Both the position numbers and the translations under genes were made by a program. The notes below the pieces were generated by a model, which saw only the letters and a program-made list of their open reading frames with translations, was not told the DNA's origin and ran no database searches. Shown in pieces: positions 57,676-64,000 of a stretch of DNA of 64,000 nucleotides. The DNA is from an uncultured Gemmatimonadales bacterium (GTDB lineage: Bacteria > Gemmatimonadota > Gemmatimonadetes > Longimicrobiales > RSA9), in NCBI GenBank assembly GCA_963741945.1, contig CAVUKA010000001.1, positions 480,001 to 544,000 of the forward strand. Reading direction: 5' to 3'. Numbering within the stretch: position 1 is the stretch's first letter; every line of letters starts with the position of its first letter.

Positions 57676-59676
57676 ATGCCCGCAGCGGACGGCACACGGA
57701 CCGAGGACCTGGGAACAGACAGCTCGTGGCCGCGCGGCGCCGTCGCCCGCGGCGCGGTGCTGACGGGGCTGACGCTGGCGGGGCTGCTCCTCGGGCTGCT
57801 CACGGGCGGCGCCGTGCGCTGGGGGTTCTTCGCGCTTTCGCTTCTCGCCGGGGGGATCCCGGCGGCGAGGGAGGCGGTGCGTGCGCTGGTGGCGGAGCGG
57901 AAGCTGGACGTGGACCTGCTGATGGTGGTGGCGGCGCTGGGTGCCGCGAGCGTGGGCCAGGCGGCGGACGGCGCCATCCTGCTCTTCCTCTTCAGCCTCT
58001 CGAACACGCTCCAGGACTGGGCGCTGGGTCGGACGAAGGGGGCCATCGAAGCGCTCATGGCGCTCAACCCGGAGGGTGCTCGGCGAGTCTCGTCGGACGG
58101 CAGCGAGGAGTGGGTGGCGCTGGAGGACCTCCGGGCCGGGGATGAGGTCCGGGTCCGTCCCGGCGAGCGGATCCCGGCGGACGCCCGGCTGTTGGAGGGT
58201 CACACATCGGTGGACGAGAGCGCGCTGACGGGAGAGTCGGTGCCGATCGACAAGGAGCCGGGGTCGGCGCTGCTGAGCGGGACACTGAACGGGACCGGTG
58301 TGGTGCGGGCGAGGGTGGAGCGCGCGGCGAGCGAGAGCACGCTGGCGAAGCTGGTGCGGCTGGTGGAGCAGGCGCAGGCGGCGAAAGGTCCGACGGAGCG
58401 GTTCGCCGAGCGGTTCGAGGGTCCGTACACGATTCTCGTGCTGCTGTCCGTGCCCGTGGTCTTCGCGGGGTTCCACCTGCTGGGCGATCTGGGCACCGCT
58501 CAGGCGTGGTACCGGGCCATGACGTTCCTGGTTGTGGCGTCGCCGTGCGCGGTGGTGATCAGCACACCGGCCGCCGTGCTGTCGGCCATGGCCGCGGGCG
58601 CGCGCTCCGGGGCGCTCTTCAAGAGCGGCGCGGCGCTGGAGGCGCTGGCGGCGGCGGAGATCGTGGCGTTCGACAAGACGGGAACGCTGACTGAGGGGAA
58701 GATGTGGCTGGAGCGGGTGATCCCCCTGGACGGCGATGAGGCGGGGCTCCGCGCACTGGCCGCGGGGCTGGAGCGCCACAGCGAGCATCCCATTGCCCGT
58801 GCCATTGTGCGCGCGTGGCGGGGTCCCGTGCCGGAGCTCACGGGTGTGCGGGCCGTGCCGGGCCAGGGCGTGGTCGGGGTGTCGAACGGCGAGGAAGTCT
58901 GGGCGGGCACGCGTCGCCTGGCCGAAAGCCGCGGTGTGACGATCGACGCGAAGCTGGAGCGGCGGCTCACGGCGCTCGAGGAGGAGGGCTTCACCACGGT
59001 CCTCCTGGGCCGCGGGGGTCGCCCGGTGGCGATCCTGACCGCGGCGGACCGGGTGCGGGAGGAGGCGCGGGAGACGGTGGCGGCGCTGCGCGCCACCGGT
59101 CACCGCGTGGTCATGCTGACGGGTGACCGCGAGGTCGTGGCCCGGCGAATCGCCCGGGAGGTGGGGATCGACGAGATCCGCGCCGAGCTCCTGCCGGAAG
59201 ACAAGCTGACCGCCGTCTCGGAGCTGGAGCGGGCGGCGCCCACGGTGATGGTCGGCGACGGCATCAACGACGCCCCTGCCCTGGCCGCCGCCCACCTGGG
59301 CGTGGCCATGGGCGCCGGCTCCGACGTCTCCATCGAGAGCGCCGACGTGGTGCTCCTCGACGGCGACCTGCTCCGCCTCCGGAACGCCGTGGAGCTGGCG
59401 CGCCGGGCCGCCCGCACGATCCGTTTCAACCTGACCTTCGCGCTATCCATCATCGGGGGCGTGGGCACGCTCGCCCTCTTCGGCCAGATCCCGCTGCCGC
59501 TGGGCGTCATCGCCCACGAGGGCGGCACGCTGTTCGTGGTGGCCGTGGGGCTCCGCCTGCTGGCGCACCGGGACCGCCGGCACACGACGGCGGGGGCCGC
59601 CGCGGCGGGGGCCCGGCAAACGGCGCCGCCGCTGCGGTCGGGCGCCAAGCATCCGGCGCCCGCGCTGGGGGAGTAG
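57676..59676 (+). CDS. P1B-4 heavy-metal P-type ATPase (Fe2+/Co2+ efflux, PfeT/CtpD-like)
   Basis: TGES, SPC in TM, DKTGTLT, SEHP, GDGINDAP, HEGGT; no N-terminal metal-binding domain. Confidence 0.92.
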   Translation: MPAADGTRTEDLGTDSSWPRGAVARGAVLTGLTLAGLLLGLLTGGAVRWGFFALSLLAGGIPAAREAVRALVAERKLDVDLLMVVAALGAASVGQAADGAILLFLFSLSNTLQDWALGRTKGAIEALMALNPEGARRVSSDGSEEWVALEDLRAGDEVRVRPGERIPADARLLEGHTSVDESALTGESVPIDKEPGSALLSGTLNGTGVVRARVERAASESTLAKLVRLVEQAQAAKGPTERFAERFEGPYTILVLLSVPVVFAGFHLLGDLGTAQAWYRAMTFLVVASPCAVVISTPAAVLSAMAAGARSGALFKSGAALEALAAAEIVAFDKTGTLTEGKMWLERVIPLDGDEAGLRALAAGLERHSEHPIARAIVRAWRGPVPELTGVRAVPGQGVVGVSNGEEVWAGTRRLAESRGVTIDAKLERRLTALEEEGFTTVLLGRGGRPVAILTAADRVREEARETVAALRATGHRVVMLTGDREVVARRIAREVGIDEIRAELLPEDKLTAVSELERAAPTVMVGDGINDAPALAAAHLGVAMGAGSDVSIESADVVLLDGDLLRLRNAVELARRAARTIRFNLTFALSIIGGVGTLALFGQIPLPLGVIAHEGGTLFVVAVGLRLLAHRDRRHTTAGAAAAGARQTAPPLRSGAKHPAPALGE

Positions 59677-59710
59677 CCCCCCGATCGTGGCTCTCCGCCG
59701 TCGCTCCGCC

Positions 59711-60796
59711 TCAGGGGTTGCGGTAGACCACGGCGTTGACGTTCATGCCCGCACCCACGGAAGCGAAGACCACCAGGTCCCCCGCCCCGAGGCGATGCCC
59801 GTCCAGCTCGCCGCGGCGGACCAGGTCGAGCATGGTGGGCAGCGTGGCCACGGAGCTGTTGCCCAGCCACGAGATGGTCATGGGCATGATGTCGTCGGGG
59901 ATCTCGTCGATGCCGCAGCGCTCGAACAGGCGCCGCAGAATGGCCTCGTCCATCTTCTCGTTGGCCTGATGGATCAGGACCTTGGACACATCGCCCAGCG
60001 TCAGCCCCGCCCGCTTCAGGCTCTCCTCCACCACGCCCGGGACCGTCTGCAGCGCGTACTGGTACAGCCGGCGCCCGTTCATCTTCAGGAACAGCCGCTC
60101 CGGATCCTCGTCCGGATCATATGACGGGCCCATGCGCAAGAGTCGCGCGTGCTCCAGCGTGTCGGAGCGCGTGAGGTGGCTCAGGACGCCCACCGGTTCC
60201 CCGGACTCCACCGCCTCGACCACCGCGGCGCCGGCGCCATCGGCGTACAGCATGCTGTCGCGGTCGGCGGGGTCGCTGACCCGGGACAGGGTCTCGGTGC
60301 CCACGACCAGCGCGCGCCGGGCGTCGCCCACGCGCACGAGCTGGTCGGCCTGGATCAGCCCCTGGAGCCAGCCCGGGCAGCCGAAAGGCAGGTCGTAGGC
60401 CACGCACCACGGGTTGGCGATGGCCAGCCGCTCCTTGATCCGCGCGGCCAGCGTCGGGCAGAAGTCGAGGCGAGGGTTGTCCGCGGCCACGTCGCCGAAA
60501 TTGTGGGCGACAATGATGTAGTCCAGCGTCTCCGGGTCGATCCCCGCGTCCGCCACCGCCGCCTTCGCGGCCATGGCGCCCATGTCGGAAGCCACCAGGT
60601 CACCGGTGACCCAGCGGCGCGCAGAGATGCCCGTGATCTGGTGGAACTTGTCGAGCACCCGCTCGTTCTCCCCCGGGTCGACGGGCCGGCCGTAGTCCAG
60701 GTAGAACGGGTTGTCGACGAACGCCCGGTTTTCCACCCTCCGCGTCGGGAGGTAGTGGCCGGTTCCCCTGATGACCGTCCGTATTCGGTTAGGCAC
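59711..60796 (-). CDS. fabH: 3-oxoacyl-ACP synthase III (FabH family)
   Basis: Catalytic Cys (FGCPGW), HQAN, GNSSVAT, SVGAGM. Confidence 0.88.
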   Translation of the reverse strand: MPNRIRTVIRGTGHYLPTRRVENRAFVDNPFYLDYGRPVDPGENERVLDKFHQITGISARRWVTGDLVASDMGAMAAKAAVADAGIDPETLDYIIVAHNFGDVAADNPRLDFCPTLAARIKERLAIANPWCVAYDLPFGCPGWLQGLIQADQLVRVGDARRALVVGTETLSRVSDPADRDSMLYADGAGAAVVEAVESGEPVGVLSHLTRSDTLEHARLLRMGPSYDPDEDPERLFLKMNGRRLYQYALQTVPGVVEESLKRAGLTLGDVSKVLIHQANEKMDEAILRRLFERCGIDEIPDDIMPMTISWLGNSSVATLPTMLDLVRRGELDGHRLGAGDLVVFASVGAGMNVNAVVYRNP

Positions 60797-60896
60797 GTGA
60801 GCTATGCTGGGAGTGAACAGGCGTGCAAACTAATGCGCCAGCACCGGCACGGACCACCCTCTCGCCGCAGAACAGCCGAGTTTCGTGCCACAATGA

Positions 60897-60932
60897 CAAG
60901 CGCCCCAGGGGGGATCCCTCTTGGGGCGCTTG
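60897..60932. terminator. Long hairpin downstream of tRNA-Met
   Basis: caagcgccccaggggggatccctcttggggcgcttg, near-perfect palindrome. Confidence 0.6.
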
Positions 60933-60954
60933 CACATCCAGCCGTTCGGTCGAG

Positions 60955-61027
60955 TAGCAGGGGGGGGACTCGAACCCCCAACACACGGATTATGATTCCG
61001 CTGCTCTACCGATTGAGCTACCCTGCC
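60955..61027 (-). tRNA. tRNA-Met (CAT), elongator type; CCA not encoded
   Basis: GGCAGGG/CCCTGCT acceptor, TAGCTCAATCGGTAGAGC D-arm, GCGGA-ATCATAA-TCCGT anticodon arm, GGTTCGAGTCC T-arm. Confidence 0.95.
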
Positions 61028-61041
61028 GCCACAGACACGAA

Positions 61042-61069
61042 AAGGTACCCGAACGACGGGGGTTGTCAA
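61042..61069 (-). promoter_or_regulatory. sigma70 promoter of tRNA-Met
   Basis: TTGACA-N16-TACCTT on minus strand. Confidence 0.7.
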
Positions 61070-61243
61070 CCACCGACGCGCCCATCCTCCGGCGCCCCGC
61101 GGAGCCGGTCGTGGAACCCTCTGGCTTTCTGGAACACAAATGCGCAGAATAGACATCTGCTTCCGCGCTGCCCGCCTGCGCGGGTCAGCGCGGGTCAATC
61201 GTGCGCGCTCCCGTGAGGTCCCCCTGCCGAGAGGAGCCCCGTG

Positions 61244-64000
61244 GTGGATTGCAACCCCCTTACGACCCATGCGCTGAGCGAGGACCGGCTCAGTCAGGTC
61301 GCATCCCGGATGCCGGACCCGCTGGCGATCTACCAACCACTGCATGATGCGAGCGGCGCGATCGAGGATTTCGAACTGGTCTTCGCGAACGAGGCCGCGG
61401 CCGGGGCCGGGATCCCGGCGCTGTCGCAGGTCGGCGCACGGATCGGTACGCTGCCGTCGTCGCCCGCGGGGCCGGGCCTCCTCGAGCACCTAGCCCGCGT
61501 CTGTGAGACGGGAGAGCCACGGCTGCTCGAGGATTACGAGTACCCTCGCAGAGGCGGCGCCCCGCCGCTCATCTTCGACGTCAGGCTGGTGCCACTCGGC
61601 GATGAGATCGCCGCGATCTGGCGGGACGTCGCCGAGCGCCACCGGCGGCAGCGCGAGCTGTTGGAGTTCCGGGAGCGTTTCGAGATGGTGGCGAAGGCGA
61701 CCAATGACGTGGTCTGGGACTGCGACCTCCGGACCGGTGGCGCCAGCTGGAGCGATGCGCTGAACCGCGTCCTGGGGCTGGAGCCGCCGGCGCCGGGGGA
61801 GGATGCGCTGGAGTGGTGGCGGGCGCAGGTCCACCCGGCCGACCTCGAGCGCATCTGGACCAGCCTCGAGCACGCCATGGCATCCGGGGCTGCCCGGTGG
61901 AGCGGCGAGTACCGGTTCCGCCGGAACGACGGCGGGTGGTCGGACATCCTGGACCGTGCCTACATCGCCCGGGACGAGGCCGGGCAGCCCGTGCGCCTGA
62001 TCGGCTCATTCGTGGACATGACGGAGCTCCGTGGCGTGGAGCGGGAGCGGGATCACCTGCTGGAGCGGGAGCAGCGTGCCCGGCGGGAGGCCGAGCGGCT
62101 GCTGCGTGAGCGGGAGGATCTCCTCGCCGCGGCCAGGAGATCGCGGGAAGAGGCCGACCTGGAGCGGAGCCGGCTGAGCACGGTGATCGACGTTCTGCCG
62201 GTGGGCGTGTGGATCTCAGGCGCGGACGGGGAGCTGGTGCACGGGAACGATGCGGCTTGTGCCATCTGGGGCGTGCGGCGCATCGGGGAGCTTCTGGAGC
62301 ATGCGGCCGAGTTCGGTGCATGGTGGCCGGACGGCTCTCCCGTGGCGCTCGAGGCGTGGGGGCTGCCGCGCGCCGTGACCACCGGTGTGAGCTCGGGGCC
62401 GGAAGAGGTGCGGATCCGTAGGCGGTCGGGCGAGGAGAAGTACATCCTGAACTTTGCCGTCCCGATCCGCGGAGCGAGCGGCGAGATCATCGGCGGCGTG
62501 GCGGTAAACGTCGACCTGACGGAGAAGAAGGAGTCGGAAAGGGTCATCAACGACCAGCTGGCCGAGATCGAATCGATCTACCACCACGCGACCGTGGGCC
62601 TCTGCGTTCTCGATCGGGATCTGCGGTACGTGCGCATCAACAAGCACATGGCCGAGATCAACGGCGTACCTGCGGCGGCGCACATCGGCCGCAGCGTGCA
62701 CGAGATCGTTCCCGGTCTGGCCAGGGAGGCGGAAGCCACGCTGCGCAGGGTGCTGGCGACGGGCGAGCCGGTGATCGACAACGAGATCAGCGGTGAGACG
62801 CCGGCGCAGCCGGGGGTGCAACGCACGTGGCTCGAGCACTGGTTTCCGCTGACCGGTCTGGACGGAGAAGTCACCGGCATCATCGTGGTGGCCGAAGAGG
62901 TGACGGCCAGGAAAGCCGCGGAACGTGCCATCCGGGAGAGCGAGTACCGCCAGCGCCACCTCGCACGCTTGAGCGCGGTGATGAGCGACCCCGTGACCAT
63001 GCGCGACCGCGCCGACGCGCTGGCGCGTGTCCTGACCGAGGACCTCTACGACGTCTGCGTGGTCGACCTCGTGGACGATGACGGCGAGATCCGCCGGGGC
63101 GCGGTCCGGCACCGGGATCCCGACCAGCAGGCGCGAGCCAGCGCCCTGGCGGGATGGGCGCCCGAGAGCAGCGGCCGCATCGCCCGCGCCATACAGACGC
63201 GCGAGCCCGTCCTCATCCCGGTGGTCACGGAGCTGCTGCTGACCGAGGCGATGGACGACGAGGCCCACATCGAGGCCGCGCGCGCGCTGCGGCCGGTCTC
63301 CGCCATGGTTCTCCCACTCGTCGCGCGCGGGCGCGCGTTCGGGGCCATCAGCATACTCTCCACTCGCCCGGAAACCGGGTTCGACCCCGACGACCTCGCC
63401 TTCGCGCAGGATCTCGTGGACCGGGCGTCGCTGGTCCTGGACAACGCGCGACTGCTGGACGAGGCCACCGAGGCAGTCAAGGACCGGGAAGCGGTGCTGG
63501 CCACCGTTTCCCACGACCTCCGCAACCCGCTGAGCACGGTCGGGATGGCTTCGGCGCTGCTCCTCGACGATTTCCTGACCCCGGAAAAGAAGGCGGTTCA
63601 GGCGAAGATCATCCGGAACGCCATAGCGCAGGCGCTTCGCCTGATCGAGGACCTGCTCGACGTTTCGCGTTTCCGCGGCGGCGCGGTGACGCTCCGGACG
63701 GAAGCGCTGGAACCGGCCGCGCTCGTGGATGACGCTCTCGCCCTGGCCGCGGCGGCAGCGGCCGAGGCCGGCATCCCGGTACGCAATGCGACGCCGCAGC
63801 AGCCACCACTTCCTCAGATCTCGGGCGATCGGGCGCGCCTGCTCCAGGTGCTGGACAACATGGTCGACAACGCGATACGACATTCACCACCGGGAGCGGC
63901 CGTGGATGTGGCTGCCTTCGCCGCCGACGGAGCGATCCGGTTCGAGGTCCGTGACGCGGGGCCCGGAATCCACCCCGGCGACGCGCCCCTCGTCTTCGAC
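61244..64000 (+). CDS. Multi-PAS (about 4) + GAF sensor histidine kinase (3' end runs off window)
   Basis: Manual translation after GAGGAG RBS: ...IEDFELVFANEAA...KATNDVVWD...VHPADLE...GEYRFRRNDG...YVRINKHMAEING...GAF...TVSHDLRNPL...LDNMVDNAIRHS...VRDAGPGI. Confidence 0.9.
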   Translation, partial: MDCNPLTTHALSEDRLSQVASRMPDPLAIYQPLHDASGAIEDFELVFANEAAAGAGIPALSQVGARIGTLPSSPAGPGLLEHLARVCETGEPRLLEDYEYPRRGGAPPLIFDVRLVPLGDEIAAIWRDVAERHRRQRELLEFRERFEMVAKATNDVVWDCDLRTGGASWSDALNRVLGLEPPAPGEDALEWWRAQVHPADLERIWTSLEHAMASGAARWSGEYRFRRNDGGWSDILDRAYIARDEAGQPVRLIGSFVDMTELRGVERERDHLLEREQRARREAERLLREREDLLAAARRSREEADLERSRLSTVIDVLPVGVWISGADGELVHGNDAACAIWGVRRIGELLEHAAEFGAWWPDGSPVALEAWGLPRAVTTGVSSGPEEVRIRRRSGEEKYILNFAVPIRGASGEIIGGVAVNVDLTEKKESERVINDQLAEIESIYHHATVGLCVLDRDLRYVRINKHMAEINGVPAAAHIGRSVHEIVPGLAREAEATLRRVLATGEPVIDNEISGETPAQPGVQRTWLEHWFPLTGLDGEVTGIIVVAEEVTARKAAERAIRESEYRQRHLARLSAVMSDPVTMRDRADALARVLTEDLYDVCVVDLVDDDGEIRRGAVRHRDPDQQARASALAGWAPESSGRIARAIQTREPVLIPVVTELLLTEAMDDEAHIEAARALRPVSAMVLPLVARGRAFGAISILSTRPETGFDPDDLAFAQDLVDRASLVLDNARLLDEATEAVKDREAVLATVSHDLRNPLSTVGMASALLLDDFLTPEKKAVQAKIIRNAIAQALRLIEDLLDVSRFRGGAVTLRTEALEPAALVDDALALAAAAAAEAGIPVRNATPQQPPLPQISGDRARLLQVLDNMVDNAIRHSPPGAAVDVAAFAADGAIRFEVRDAGPGIHPGDAPLVFD

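Noticed and set aside
60821-60890. sigma54-like sequences upstream of fabH (TGGCACGAAACTCGGC; TGGCGCATTAGTTTGC)
   Set aside because: GG-to-GC spacing is 11, not the required 10
60955-64000. tRNA as an integration site for a genomic island
   Set aside because: No integrase, no duplicated tRNA 3' end and no compositional shift nearby

Overview
High-GC bacterial DNA; the gene content and protein style suggest a Gemmatimonadota-like diderm, which is inference only. Bases 1-31.2 kb hold a nearly complete flagellar basal body/hook/export cluster, mostly on the minus strand: NtrC-type activator, flgBC-orf-fliEFGHIJ-motE-like-fliK-flgDE, fliLMN-fliO/P fusion-fliQR-flhBAF-flhG-like-fliA-swrB-like, flgFGAHIJNK, and a divergent flgL-fliW. 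Bases 31.2-51.5 kb hold chemotaxis genes (cheR-D-Y-X-B, two cheW, cheA), two PAS hybrid kinases, an orphan OmpR regulator, three MCP genes sharing a near-identical 771-bp block, and an OprB-like porin. Bases 51.6-64 kb are housekeeping and signalling: acyl-CoA dehydrogenase, mscL, an EEP lipoprotein, PAS kinases, a P1B-4 ATPase behind a Fur/PerR-type box, fabH and tRNA-Met. The most striking item is FliK: this hook-length ruler carries an apparently intact M15 zinc peptidoglycan-peptidase domain and an in-frame 9-bp tandem repeat, while FlgJ here lacks its muramidase domain. A regulatory hierarchy is readable in the DNA: three sigma54 promoters with paired CGGCA-N5-TGCCG enhancers, and about nine sigma28-like promoters. 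A cluster of indels at 43.1-46.3 kb may be assembly error.
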